Shown piece by piece: positions 14,674 through 28,681 of a stretch of 64,000 nt of DNA. Every line of letters begins with the position of its first letter. Positions within the stretch are counted from its first letter, which is position 1. Location of the stretch: NCBI RefSeq assembly GCF_000497125.1, contig NC_090597.1, positions 1,375,797 through 1,439,796 of the forward strand, written 5' to 3'. The translations under genes and the position numbers were made by a program. The stretch is from Spironucleus salmonicida. Taxonomy: Eukaryota. The notes under the pieces are model-generated. The model worked only from the letters and a program-made list of their open reading frames with translations. It was not told the DNA's origin and did no database searches.

Positions 14674-16052
14674 ATGATTTACCTTAACACTTAAGTCCCG
14701 AATGCATGTTTTAATTTGTTTTGTCGGATAACAATATACTGCTACAATACTACAAAATAATCATTCTACCGCTTTATTTACTTGACTTTGGCATTAGAGT
14801 ATTACCTTTTATTTCATGTATAGTTATTCACCCCTCCAAATTCTTGAAATGGCCCAAATTTTGGAGTCCACTTAAAACTCATTTTTAATCAAGAACTATA
14901 GTCACCAGTTCTAAAATCCACTAATAAACCTATCTACTGACTTTTTTAAGACTTTGACCAAGGAGTTCCTAAAGATGAGTTGAAATAGTTTAGTATCTAA
15001 ATTATTATGATTAAAACATCCCCAGACCTAGATTAGGTCATTATTTTAGGAAAGGCACAGGTTATCATCATTGGGTGTAAAATAATTACTATCCAGAGAT
15101 TTATTTTTATAAATATTGTCTTGCTTGATATTTTTAATGAGATTGTGGATAGCAGAGGCATAAAAGGAGCTGATGCTAAATCATATATCAAATCTTGTTA
15201 TACAAGATAGTGAGAACGTATAATAGTAGAAACACTAGCTAGTGGAAGAGGAAAATACTTCCAGTTAAATTTAATGAGCAAGTAGAAGGATAAAAAGGCA
15301 CATAAACCAGACATTTATAAAGTATCCGATGCCTCCGCTTAACGATCCGTATATAGTGCAAAAATACTTGTGGATAATAGCCAAAAACTGAATTTATGAT
15401 CCGCAAAACTATATAAGCCATAAGTGGGTATAAGAGAGTATGTAAACATTAGCATACATATCCCTAAATCTTACAGTCTAGGTTGACTGGTTAGACTGTG
15501 TGGTGATGCATTTACAGGATACTGCTATGCAGGGAAATTTTGCAATAAAATAGTAGAACTAATAAATTGTAAGATATATTTAGCATATTGTTAAGCCCTA
15601 TAATGACTAATTCAAAGTCCTAACTGTAGATAGTTACTTACTTCATTTGAATCGATAGATTTTTCTTACGGCATAAATAAGACTAATTGGAACTATAAGA
15701 TTCCATAGACATTAGTTTGCATACCAATAATAGGAATTACAATTGTTCTAATATTTATTAGTAAAATGTCACAATTTTTGGGTCACAGAATGGAAATATA
15801 AAAATACCAAAGTTGTATGTGTTGGCCGCACCGAGTATGTTCTTTATTAATTACGATGCTGGTGGAAATTAGTAAGATTGGATGCCACCTGTGAAATAAA
15901 TATCTAATAACAAATATGGGAGGGTTATATAAGTTTACCTTGCATCTTTAAATCCTTTAATGGAACGCAGATTAAGTTTTTGGGCACTCATTTTTTGTAT
16001 ATTTTCTATATTTGTTTTGTTAGCAGTTTTTGTTCTGGTAAAATTAGAATGA
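14674..16052 (+). pseudogene. Probable decayed gene for a membrane-anchored protein
   Basis: Coding-like stretches switch between frames and contain several TGA stops. The last segment ends in a TM-like helix (RRLSFWALIFCIFSIFVLLAVFVLVKLE*). No frame is continuously open. Confidence 0.35.
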
Positions 16053-16503
16053 AAATTTACATATGACTTAGAAAATACTTGGATAAATTAATATTTAGTA
16101 TTATATATGATTTGCCTATAATAAAGTACTGATAAATTCATGATACTTTCCCTATATAATAGAAACATATTTCTAAAGTTAACATGAATACTTATGATGT
16201 CAGTTTACATATATTATGCCGTAAATGCTAAGTTAAGTTTAATCAGTGTAGATTATGTCGTGAAAAGATAAAACGTATGTAAAATAAAAATAAATAGCAT
16301 AAAATGTCACAGATAACGAGAAAAATACACAATGAGAATATTTATGTCCCTATAATAGAATATAAAAACAGTAAACTGAAATACTATAGACTATATATCA
16401 TAACTTTTTTAATTTTTGTTGATAACTTTTTTTTTGAAACTATGTCTAGGCTCCTAAGTGTTAATAAGTTTTTACTATTGATGATAATAGTATTAACTGC
16501 AGC

Positions 16504-17044
16504 AGGGGCTCTATAGCATGGGCTTAGCTATGACCAACTGCGAGGCGGACAGCTGAGTCAGGGGCATGGTCTGGAAGACGATTGAGTTGGTGGCACAGAA
16601 GTTCGCCTAGTGGGCCTTTGCCCTGCATTATGCATAGCCGTCGCGGCAGTGCTTTCCGCCGAGACAGTTGTGGATATCGATGTCTTTGTGGGTGCTGGAA
16701 CTGGTACGGCTGTAGGAATTGCAGTATTGATCTGGAAGCGTAGGTATGCTGCTGTAACCGGTGACGTTCCAAGTCTGAGGTGCGGGTGTATATCGTCGGC
16801 AGCCTGTTAGCGCCCCCTGCCGAGGGAACATGCCCGGACAAGGATGGAGCTAGAACGCATGTTGCAGTCTGATCGGAAACGCGCACCCTGGAAAATCTAC
16901 CAACGCAGCTCATGCTCCCCACAATAGGCATCCAACTATTAGAGTACCTGCGTCAGCTTCTTTGTTAGGTTACGCGCTGATTTGGTGTCATACAGAATGT
17001 TGCACGCCGTATCCGATATTGCATTGGGAAACCGAAAACTAGTA
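16504..17044. repeat. GC-rich dispersed repeat, copy 1 (541 bp)
   Basis: Near-identical reverse complement of 28682-29165, with sharp boundaries (AGGGGCT...GAAAACTAGT) against AT-rich flanks. Confidence 0.95.
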
Positions 17045-17211
17045 TGTTTTATTTTTAATTATTATATTTTAATATCAATTTTTGCAAAAACTGAATAATA
17101 ATAATATTTAATATAATATAAATCTATTGCACTCTAAATAAATTAATAAGTTTGTTAATAATTTTTCAGTATAATATATAGATTCTATTTGTATCCTAAA
17201 ATTTAACGATA

Positions 17212-17685
17212 ATGGGATGTGGAAGTCTAAATACATACAACATAGATAACTCTGATTTAGAACATAGTGGGTTAATTAATATTGCAACAAAAATAGATAC
17301 AGATGATTTAATGTAATAAATGGCTTTAAAAAATTAGCTTAACATCCCAGAAACACGATTAAAGGTTGCAAGCCAATTATTTTCAGTAATTCTAAACTAA
17401 ACATATGCAGCTACAGAAATAGGTTCATCAAATATTTTTAATGATGACAATTCGGACGATGTACACCATTGTTAATCAATGATATCAGGCGATGTAGCTG
17501 ATCATCAACTACCACTACTTTACGTCTTAGATAATAATATTATATAGGCAGATCATTTATAAACTAGTAGAATTAATATGTACACAAATATTATTATAGA
17601 CGCGGCTGAGAATGGATAGATCGATGATTTAGTGTAATAGTAAATGAGAAGAAATCCTTTGACCTTGTCCAATTTATTCAAATGA
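17212..17685 (+). CDS. 157-aa protein with MGCG N-terminus (predicted myristoylation/palmitoylation); paralog A
   Basis: MGCGSLNTY...ISGDVADHQLPLLYVLD...YTNIIIDAAENG...NPLTLSNLFK*; colinear with 29666-30145. Confidence 0.85.
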
Positions 17686-17792
17686 CATTAGTTAGTATAT
17701 AATTATTTGGATAGTAGCAGATATATAACATGAATAGTTTTAGTAATTTCATAATATATAGTTATTTATTATTATAAAATAAATATTGATAT

Positions 17793-20700
17793 TCACCATT
17801 TTATTTACAATAACTCCAAACAATACTTAACCCCAAATTGTCCAACAAGCTCCTCATAATTGATTTTCATTTATTTTGCTACCTATTAAATAGATGTGAT
17901 ACAAAGTTCCTTTAATGAATCATTTTACTGATTATTATAAACACCTAACCGTTCCATAAGTCTAGGAAGTACGCTTTATATAGTATATTGAAAGTTTAGT
18001 TTCTTTAATACTGTAGCTGCACGCTCAAGCTCTTCAGATACAGAAATTTCGATAGCTCCACTAGCTAGCATTCGTAAGATATCTCCTGCTTCCCAATCAT
18101 CACAATTTGGTAAAGTTCCTAACATCTAGTTAATCAGGTTATATTTATTAACTTAACTCAACTTACTTAAAATTAACTAGTAAATATTTTACCTTTCTTT
18201 CACTGTTACATCTTTAATTTCTTAAGCACACACTCTGAAAAATTTGATGAAAAAGTCATTCATTGATGGTTATAGTAGTAACCGACATGACAACGCCTTT
18301 AAATCATCATTTTAACTAGACATATACTTGAATAGGTTTTTAAATATATCAACATCAAATTTAATTAATTATAACTATTTCAAATCCATAGCAATATACA
18401 ATATATGCCGCTAAATTAAGTGTGAATATTATGTAGGATCAGCATCGAAAATAAGCGTAAAGAACTACCCGAATTCATCAGGAAAACCATAAATACATGA
18501 AACAATGGAGATAAGTAAATTATTTGCAATTTTCAATGAAATTGAATTCTTCTTAGTCTATTATAGCACATGTGAATTTTACAACGAATTAATCAATTTT
18601 TCAAATGCATTAAACCTAAAATCGATAGATTCAGAAAAATAAACCAAATAATAAACCGGAACGGCACTAAGCGGATGAAACATCAATGTTGCTTCGAGTG
18701 GTTTATAAAGTTTTTCAATCTGTACCTATGATAACGTTTAATTTTAAATCAACTGAACGATTTTATTGAAAATAACCTCTCCCTTAACAACATATTAAGA
18801 TGTATCGTTATCATCCTCAAAGCTGGACCGTTGCAAGCTAATTAATTCATTTAATTCCCGAACAAGCGAATCTAAAAACCCAGAAACGTTGTCTATCTGC
18901 TCAATCACCTACAGAACCTTCAATTTATCAACCTGCTGCTAGACAGCCTCCTCAACATCCGTTATCTAAATGTACTAGCTGACATCGAAATCGATGAGGC
19001 CCATAAAATACGACACATCCAGCGAGTACAAAATGTACGTATACAGCCCACCCCCCTCCACTAGCCGCCCGTGCAGCTAGCTAACTACCTTGGCGTAAAT
19101 ACGCTGATTTTGTTGTTTGGAGTACTGTAGGCAGAGCCGCAGAACGATGTAGGCACCCTTCTACCCGAAGTTGATCAAGTTCCCGAACACCTACTGTGGT
19201 AGCAGCTGCTCCTTCAGGAGGACCGCAAACGTCGACTCGAAGAGCTTTACAGGGCAGCTCGAAATGAAGTCGAAAAGCGGCTAGACGACCAGTTCGTTCT
19301 GGTCCAGAATGGGCTGAATTACGAAGTCCAAGAAGATGTTTTGAGCCAGAATCTGCTGATCCTGAATTTGTAGGATGTCTGAAAACAGCAGTTTAATTTA
19401 CTCGGGATGTAACTTTATGTATTACAAAATAAGTCCAACCGATGTCTTTTTGATCGACTAACCCTCATCCTGAATGCGGAAAATAAGCTCCTGTAGTAGG
19501 AAGCTAGCCAAACTCTGTTAGAGCTGGTGCTGCAAGTGGTTGAATGCGAGCTCCAGGACGCTGTGCGTTTGACTATTCATAAATTTGAAATTTAATAGTA
19601 TTTGCGTTATTATGTGAAATTCCTCATGTAATTCTGGGCTCAGCTGGTCACTAAAAATGAGCTGGTCAAGCGACTGTACAACTTTCTCCTTTAACAATAA
19701 AAATCCATAAAACTCGATGATTTCCTTTCGTATTTTTATCAGCTTCACAACGGTATTTTTATGAGTCGCTAGCTTTGTCGTTAGAACGAAAATGAGTAAT
19801 GGGAGGAGTGTGATAAGCAAAAAATTTTGTATGAACTTTTAGCAGATCATTTAAGCTTGCAGCACGCCCAAATCCAGCGAAAAATCATCAGTGAAAACGT
19901 CGTAAATGAGCTCCAAAACGTCGATGGCGAACTGGAAATTCTTACTTTTGGAAAGCTCGCAAATCATCATTTCAGTAATATAACAAATTTAAGTCAAGCT
20001 CGCTTCAGCGGACTGAATAAAAGGAATGAAAAGTTGAATACCGAGCACTTTTATTTGTGGCTTTCCGTGTGCGATCAGGCCAGAAATTAGACTGTGCAAA
20101 TCCTCCAGGAAGAACCGTTTCAAAAACGGTGTAAAATACAACTAAATGGCCAGTTTAGAGTTCGATGAATTTTGTAAATTCACAACAAACTTGCCTATTA
20201 AATCTATTATATCAGGTTCAGTTTCCGCGACTTCGATAAAATTCGAAAAGCAGTAGTTACAGAACTCGACATCCTTCGCTTTTGGAACATTTAAAAAGTG
20301 CATACTGAGTAGCTCAATCAAGTTTGTGATGTCTTTCTATTGTCGTAGAAAATCGACAGCAAAAGACAAACTATCATTAGATAATATATAATAATGCTTG
20401 ATTACAAGTTTCATTAGCATATTTACGATAAAAATTACCGAGCTGTCATCATGAGCCATTTGAAGCGAAAAGTCTTTCAAAATAAGCTCTAGAAATGATG
20501 AAACCGGTGTTTTTACTGTGTGCGAGCTTGCAATTTTGCTGACTATCTCAGTAAATGCCGAAACGAACGTCAGCGGTAGCTGGCTCTCTTTCTAGTCAAA
20601 AATAGTAAGTGCAAGCTTTGCTGAGTTGTGTAAAATATCTCCTTTTGCATATTCAGTTTGTTGTGAAACTGTATAAACTATTATGCATGCCGCTGCTATT

Positions 20701-20861
20701 TCTGGAAGCGAGTGCAGACGTGACGGGAGAGATAATTACTCTAGTTATAGAAGTATTTATTTTTCGTATTAATTACTGTATTTAACTATAATTTCTGGGT
20801 CAGAATGGAAGACTGCAAGGTCAGCTGGGCAGATACTGAGGATATCGATTAACTAGTTCAT
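17793..20861 (-). CDS. Alpha-helical (HEAT/ARM-like) hypothetical protein, 1,022 aa
   Basis: ATG at 20861, TGA at 17795-17793; track ORF 19518-19820 is in frame; Leu/Ile-rich amphipathic helices throughout. Confidence 0.8.
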
Positions 20862-20932
20862 TTAAGTGTAGTGAAAAATTTTGAAATCTAATATATACTA
20901 TATAATAACTAAATAAATATAAATTTGACACA

Positions 20933-23608
20933 ATGAAGATAAATATACCTGCCATTTTCAGAAGCTTTTCACCAGTAAGTAAGTAGATGCAAACTAAAAA
21001 TAATCGTGCAAAATCATAACTTAATTATTCAATACAATAATATCCAATACCATTGCAGTAAACTAAAGTTTATAGTGTTGCAAAAATTGATGATTCATAG
21101 CCATAGAACTATCACATCTTACCATATAAAAATTACACATTAAATGAATAAATAATATCTATAAATTATCTAGATATGCCTAGTAATTAGCAAATGGTTA
21201 AGAAATATAAACCGCTTAACAATGTGTCGGTTCCTATTACTATGTAGTATAAGGCCACAGCAAATATATTTAAAAAGTTTTCTCGGGATGTTAATTTGTT
21301 AAAATATAATGATTTATTTAATGGGGAAGTGTTGACATAAGTATTGATAAATTAGAAATAAGATTTTATGAACAAGTGTATAAAGTTTGATTAGTGTTTA
21401 GAAGATATCTATAAAGAAATGGTGATTTGTCACCAGGAAATGTAGCTATTTTTTCACTAAGTTACATTAGTCACAGACTTAAAGTATCATTTTATTTATT
21501 AAAGATTAAATAATAATGAATAAAGTTTATAATTACCATATTAGTTAGATAAAATTAAAGAAATAAACCCAAATTCAGTTTAAAATTTTATAAAATTTAC
21601 GGAATATTCAGCTTAAAGGTTTGAATTTGATTACTAAAAATATAAATCAATATAATGGCCAAATAATAAATATAATTAAATAAATTTAAAAAGAATAAAT
21701 CAAATGTAACGTATTGATATAACTATAAGCTAAGCATTTTATAACAATAATTTTTTACTTCATGAACCATACAAATCGTCACTGGATGATGTTATTGATT
21801 TTATTTTTAACTTTAGATAATTTTTATCTGGGAAATTTACATATAGAAAATTATAAAAAGTTAATAATAAAGAAGTTAAACATTAAGTATTTAGATTAAC
21901 ATTAGATGCCATATTTAACGGATGTATTACCAACTTATATGATAAATCTAGTAGAAAAGTATCATTTTTGCAATCTTTGTTTCCATTGGAATTAGTTAAT
22001 ATTTAATAAGCAGAAGATTAACTATTTCAAAACATGAATCAATAAGAAATTAATGAAGAGAGCACTAAACCTGCAAAATACGCATAATCATTTGTTAACT
22101 TTGACGCTACTATAGAATAAATAAAAAATTCAGAACTATCTGTAGTTAAAAATAAATTTCGTAAAATAAATTTTTCAGAATGTACATTATCATTCACAAA
22201 TTCTTAATATTTAATTGATTTCAATGAATACTACTAATAATTTATGGGATAATATAATATATAATTAACGGATAGTAAAATTGAGTTTAAAAATATTGAA
22301 TATTAGTCTGTCGATTCTTTATTAAGTAATTTTTATTCTAAATTTAATTATTCTACTAATTCTTTAAACTATAAACAATTTTTACAAGTATTCCATAGTA
22401 ATTCATCAGTTTTTACTAGTGCTTTCTTAGATTTTAATCATGCTATCAAATATAATTTTATACGCCCAATAACACCAAGACAATAAACTGATGTAATAAA
22501 ATATAAAAATTTATATCAATCATTGAAAAAATAACCTAGTAACTTATAAATGAGTTATGAAATATAGTAGTTTAACTAAAGAAAGCTATCAGTCACTTTT
22601 TAAATGGATTAAATGTCGAAATTAGTTATTGATGATTCTTCTCTTTCTGAAACGCAAGACATACAATAACCAGTTAAATTTTTAAATACGGAACATTTGA
22701 CATAACTTACTACGTCTTAGTAATCTTATTTTAAGCTTAATCAAATTTAACTATCGACACCATATTATGCTGCAATTAATATAACAAAATTTCCAAATTT
22801 TATTGAAATTTTTAATGAATTTTTAAATTTTTCAAGTAAATTAGCTAATCTTTTTCAGTATTCTATTTAAGAAATTATGAAAAAAATTGTGGAATCTACA
22901 TATTGGGGAGCAGTTAGTTAGAGTACTAATGAAACATTTTAAAAAGAATAAAAGTAATTTATAAGCAAGCTTGTGAATAAGATCAAATTGACCAGTACAT
23001 CAAAATAATATGTAGGGGAACATATAAATTCACGAAATTATAGAGAAATAATGTTTTAAGATAATAATTTTGAAATATAGAGAGAGATTAGTCTTAAATT
23101 TTAACGATTTGTTAATTTCTACATAAAAAATTATATAGTTGAAATCTAATAGTATATTATACTTAATTTAATTGAGCCATTTTTAACTTAAATTATTAGA
23201 ATCTTTTATTGTGAAATTTTCAGTAATTTAATGTTCACATGTAAATTATATTAATGTGCATCTAAACCATCTGAAACTTAATTTTTAGTTTAAATTATCA
23301 ACTAAGTAGAAGGCTATAAGAATAATTTTAAGGAATTACTAAAAATTATTTTCAAACCATTTAGTTGCGTTAAGATGATAAATTCTTTAATTTTAAATGG
23401 AAAGGTTGGAAATTATGATGAATTAGTAATAGAAGAAGCATAGTAGGCGGAAGATAGATGTTTAATGATCATTGATGATGTAAATATCGTGATGGAATAA
23501 ATAAAAGGAAACACAGATGAAATGATGTAAAAAATTTAATGGTTTACTGAAAAATATGGATATTAGGTTAAAGGTGCCAGCTTCTAAACTGCAGTGTTTA
23601 AAAAATGA
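20933..23608 (+). CDS. Hypothetical protein, 891 aa
   Basis: Frame MKINIPAIFRSFSP...ASFQTAVFKK* is open with TAR=Gln (spot-checked); starts head-to-head 71 bp from the previous gene. Confidence 0.75.
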
Positions 23609-23620
23609 TTGTTTAAATTA

Positions 23621-26323
23621 TCACTTCTTTCCCTACATGACAAGGTTATAATCTTACATAAAAACGTGCAGTACATTTTATATCATCTCCTCTTAATTAC
23701 TACTTGCTATACTAATACTCTCTTTGACTATCTTATGAACATCTGGTTAAACTAAAACATTTCTAATATTTTATGAGCAATTGATTGCTCCATAAAGCAT
23801 TTAAAATTCTATGGCTAAGCCCATGCCTTTTAGATCAAAATTTAAATCTACATTTTATAGATAAGAGTAGAAACATTTAAGAATTTCTGTCATATCATGT
23901 TGTTTAACTATTATATTAGGCAAAGTGAAATAAACTCCAGATAATTGCATAGATGTTATACACAGTTCAGTAGTTTTTGAATCTGCAACTGCAGAATTAA
24001 GATAAGTTGCATTTTTAAGAATAATATTTAATATTTATTTTTAAACCTATTCATTAACCACATTCGGGCGCTCAATATAAGATTAGCACATACATGATAG
24101 CATTGCCCTGGATGATGGTAAAAGATCCTTAGAAAGTTATAATACCGCATCATTATACAATTGAGCAGCTACATCATTAGAAACCAATGGTAGAAGATTG
24201 GCTAATAATTCGCATGCATGAACATGAATTAAGTATTCAGAATTCCTAGATGAATTAAATAAAATCTCTAATAAAAATATTAAGTTATCGATATAATCTA
24301 AATTCTTAATAAAAATAATTTAAGCGATTCTAGTATATGCATTATAAACTTAACATATACAATCATGATAATTTAAAATATCAATCTAAAAGAACTCTAA
24401 CAAATTTTTAAGATTCTGATTATAAAGATTGATAATGTCTAAAATTGATATTTAATTTTAAATTTCTAAATCAAAAATATCATAATTCAGCATGCCCTAT
24501 GTTAAGCTTTAAAGTAAAGCGACTAAATTACTTAGGCAGCTTTCTTCAAAAAATAAAAATAATTAATTTTTATTATTCTGCTGGTTTAGGGTAGTTAAAA
24601 GATTAAAGAAATTGGTTGTAAACGAATTCATAGCTTATAAAGATGGTATAACTGCTTATTTCGAAGTAAGCTTTACAGTAAGTTTTTCTTTTAAAATATC
24701 TATTAGCTATTTCTTTATGATAATTTCACTTGGAGCGAATTTTGTAGCTTCTAATGTAACATCAGATTGATTTTCACTTAACACATATTTTTAATTAGTA
24801 GAGAAGAAAAATTAGCAAAAATCTATTTACATAAATGCTTGACAAAGTTCTGATGCAATAGAAGAGCCAGTTATGATTGATTATGATAATACCATTAAAA
24901 TTTTCATTTACAATTCACCATATAATTATGAGAATGAAGCATTTTGAGATAAATATAACTTTTCAAAATAATATGCTATAGCTTAAAAAAATATAATTGG
25001 ACTAATAACCATGTCTATTTAATTTAAAATAAATTCCAGCATTAAATAAAGAGGTTCGGCAATAGATTGAAAATATTATACTGGAACGAAGTTCAAGAAA
25101 TTTTTAATAAATAATATACCTGTTGAATTTAATAATAATAAATTTTATTATTTTATTTCCTATTATAAAAAGGGGAATATTATTTGTAATACTTACTATA
25201 ATAAAGGTTGTGCTTAATCATGATAAAACAAAGGCATTAATGCGGCTGCTAAAACGAGATAATTTCCAGTGATGCTAACAGATATTAATTATAATAATTG
25301 TTGAACCAGTGATAAGAATGGAACAATAGACATATCCTACTCAGTTGATGCAATATAAGTGTGCTGAGTAAATTATAACAGACAATCAAATGACTGTGCA
25401 ATAAGCTATTAATCCGATTTTTGGTTTAATATAATAGGGACTATAACTTTCTCTGATAAGTCCCAGTTTAACTGGTAATTGCATTTATCCATTTAAACAA
25501 AGAAATATATGATTTTACTAATTTAGACTCCATAATCTTTGCCTTATAAATATTCTAGATAAATGCTAGATAAATTACTATATATATCTGACAAATAAGA
25601 AACAATAATACTCTGTTTAACCCTATTTATTTCTACAAATATATCTAGCATCGAACCGATCAGCTTAGATCCACCCTATCCTTAACTAATATAACTTGTA
25701 AGCATAGATAAAACTACCTTAATAACTTCTTCACAAAGATGTGGTAAATTTTTAACCAGCTTTTCAATAATTCTAAAGCAAGAAAATATAAATGGTTCAT
25801 CTGATACAGTTTGGATGGCGCCAAATATCTTTTCTAATATAGTTCTGTGTTTAAATACTAAAGTTTGAACTGAACTGAAGGATGAGTCTTCAAATAAGAT
25901 TTGCAGGACTTTATAGCTATTAATTGTGCAAGTTTCTAACAACTATGTAATAATTTCAGCATGAAGTGGCTTTCCGCCTTTAGTTAAAGAATCTGCTTCT
26001 AATAAAACAGCTAAAAGCTATGGAGCAGTAGGAACATCCTCTAATGCTGTAAGAAGCTATTAAAACACTAAAGTTCTATAAGCTTTGTCTTGTTTATTAA
26101 ACTAATTATAATTAAATAATTTTGTATCAATTGACCTCTACTTAAGATAGTTTTTTGCTAATAATGTGGATTAAATTCTTTCATTTAACGGAGAACTAGG
26201 ATCAACTCCTTTCTCTAATGCGGCCTTAAAGAAATCAAAGTCTCTTTATAAAGATAATGTTGATATAATTTAGTTGACACGATGTTAGTCTTAAATAGTA
26301 AGGATTTGATTTAACGATTCCAT
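23621..26323 (-). CDS. Importin-beta/karyopherin-family HEAT protein, 900 aa
   Basis: N-terminal ERIQSTLLAKNYLK resembles the IBN_N R..A...LKN motif; size and helical repeats fit; track ORF 25682-25942 is in frame; stop in aAGTGA. Confidence 0.65.
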
Positions 26324-27856
26324 GAAGGAAGTGGAATATTATTGCGGAAATTATAGTAAAGTATCATATAATAGTAAATTTAATAAAAATAATTATGATA
26401 CTTACATAGCTTATAGGAAATATTTAAATATAAACCAAGTATCAACAAACCTTCAGTATCATATAAAGCGATATATTCATTTTATTAGTTCGACAAGTCG
26501 TTTTTCAGACAATATGTTGATACAATCTTTTACTTATTTATATAATGTTTTATAATATTGTAAAACACCGTTTAATATTTTATATAATTTAATTAATAGC
26601 TATTATAAACGTTTGGTTGACTGAAAATTTACTATATAATAATACAAATTTATACTTACTAAGTAGTCATTTAATTTAATGAAAAACCACTAATTAATTA
26701 TTCAATCATTACATGACTATAATAGAAATAGTGTTAAAGATCAAATAAATTCAATTAAAAATCATAATATTACCATTACTTCTATTAATATAATTAGATT
26801 CTAACTAGTATCTAATAATGATATATTTATGATTTTGCTATTTCTTATTTAGCAATTGTGAGATTAAATATTACTATATACTATTATGATAATAATTACT
26901 TCATAAACTATTTTTACTATTAAATATTACTAAAATAAAAAGTAAACCATTAATTTTCTATAATACAAATGTAAATATACCAATCAATCAAATCTTAAAT
27001 TATTATTCATAAAAAATCAAATAAGCAAAAATCCACCTAAAGCAATAACCGCTAACTCCAATTCATAATTTTGTAATGATGGTAGTTCATACAATATGTA
27101 TATATGGTCTTAATATACTATTTTAGACTTAAATTTAAGTAAAATCAAATAAATGAAAATACAAAATAATAATAATTTGACATAAGTTCTGACGAATTTC
27201 AATCCTCTAAAACCCACTTAAGTTTGAATTTTTGACTATTATAAAATCTATATCTAATATTATTTATCTAACTACTCCTGTAATAATTAAGAAAAACATG
27301 AAATATGATATACAGTTTTATTTATATTTAATTTTTATATAGCTGTTGCCTCTTTTAAAGAACCTAAACACAGTAAACTCTAATATTTAGTATCATATTT
27401 AGTTATTGAGGATTTTACTAAATAGAAGTTTAATATTCCTTTGTTGCAAAATTAGTTTCCTTAAAGTGCGTATATTAAAGGGAGATGCAATGGGGAGATG
27501 ACAGATTAAAAAATATTAGGATTTATAGTTTTGAAAATCTAATGGCTGAGTGAGCTAATTTGAGATTATGAATAGTATTTAATTACTTTGGTATCAGGGA
27601 AATATAATGTATTATAGTCTAATTGCTCTTGTGGTATTTATGTTACAAAATAAGCTTCTAAAAACTATTGCTATAAATTTGCAGGGCCTGAAATTGTAAG
27701 GAATAAGCTTTTTAGACCAAAAGTTTATTTTGGATGAATCATTAAAAATTATATTTTATATATTTTATATATAATATTCAATAACTAATTGTCCCCTCCA
27801 GCGTTTTATGTTATATATATTTTTACCATATAATATGTGTTGAAATATAAATTAAA

Positions 27857-28414
27857 ATGGAGCAAATCTACATCGCCCTATTAAAACTTACCTAAACATA
27901 ACCAATATTTCTAGCATCACAATACAATTCTGAGTCAATAAATTTTCTTATCCGATCAAAGACTCTTGAGTTGGCTAAATTTGCATCAAGGAATCTTGCA
28001 AATTCTCTGAAAGATAACGAATTTATTTAAGCTAAATTTAATGACTCTCATAATTTTGCTATTTATGGGAAAAGAGCTGGAAATCTTATCTCAATTTGTG
28101 TATAAAGTGAAACAAAATAAGCATTATCATTTCTAAATTAAATTTTACGAACTTTTAAAAATCGCGATTTTGCTGAGGTGAAATTTGACTGTAATTGCGT
28201 GAATTTAAAAGAAATTAAGGTTGATAATTCACTTAATAACCTATAAAATGAACTCGAGGAGACTAAAAATTTGGTTTATGAAAATCTCGAAAATGTCATA
28301 AAACGTGGTTAAAATATTGATGAAATTTATGCTAAAACTATTGACTTGAGCGATGGAGCGAAAGCATTTTTGTAAGCGAGTAAAAAGATGAAGTGTAGAT
28401 GCTTGGGGATGTGA
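27857..28414 (+). CDS. YKT6: Ykt6-type longin R-SNARE, 185 aa
   Basis: Longin-like N-terminus; SNARE motif LEETKNLVYENLENVIKRGQNIDEIYAKTIDLS with R at the zero layer; no TM; C-terminal KCRCLGM CaaX. Confidence 0.88.
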
Positions 28415-28681
28415 AGTGAAAACGTATTATATCAATGAAAATTTACAATATTCTTGTTTATGAAAAGGTAGAATATTTTAATAATGTAGTTCACTCCTGA
28501 TAGCAAGCTAATCAATTATTATACATGATATGACATTAGAACAAGAGTAAGATTATAGCGATATGCCTTTTTTTGTAGTCTGATTTTCTAATATAGATAA
28601 TTAGAAATTTTATATCAGGGCTTTGAATCTTAACATAAGATAATTAATATGAGTAAAACGTAAAAATATAAATCTTATTTT

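Noticed and set aside
14674-15900. In-frame TGAs that could be read as Trp (foreign code) in one frame
   Set aside because: About six TGAs in ~400 codons is near random expectation for this composition, and coding-like segments shift frames; decay is the simpler explanation.
16524-16931. 135-aa and 116-aa track ORFs within the repeat copies as real genes
   Set aside because: No recognisable domain; open frames are expected in GC-rich sequence; coding-like bias lies in other, interrupted frames.
16504-17044. Hammerhead, SRP, RNase P or tRNA-SINE identity for the repeat
   Set aside because: No CTGANGA core on either strand; TCGGAAACG lacks the flanking SRP helix-8 bases; no proper B box.
26340-27850. 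Coding fragments in AT-rich DNA
   Set aside because: The plus-strand frames examined are interrupted by TGA; no supportable gene.
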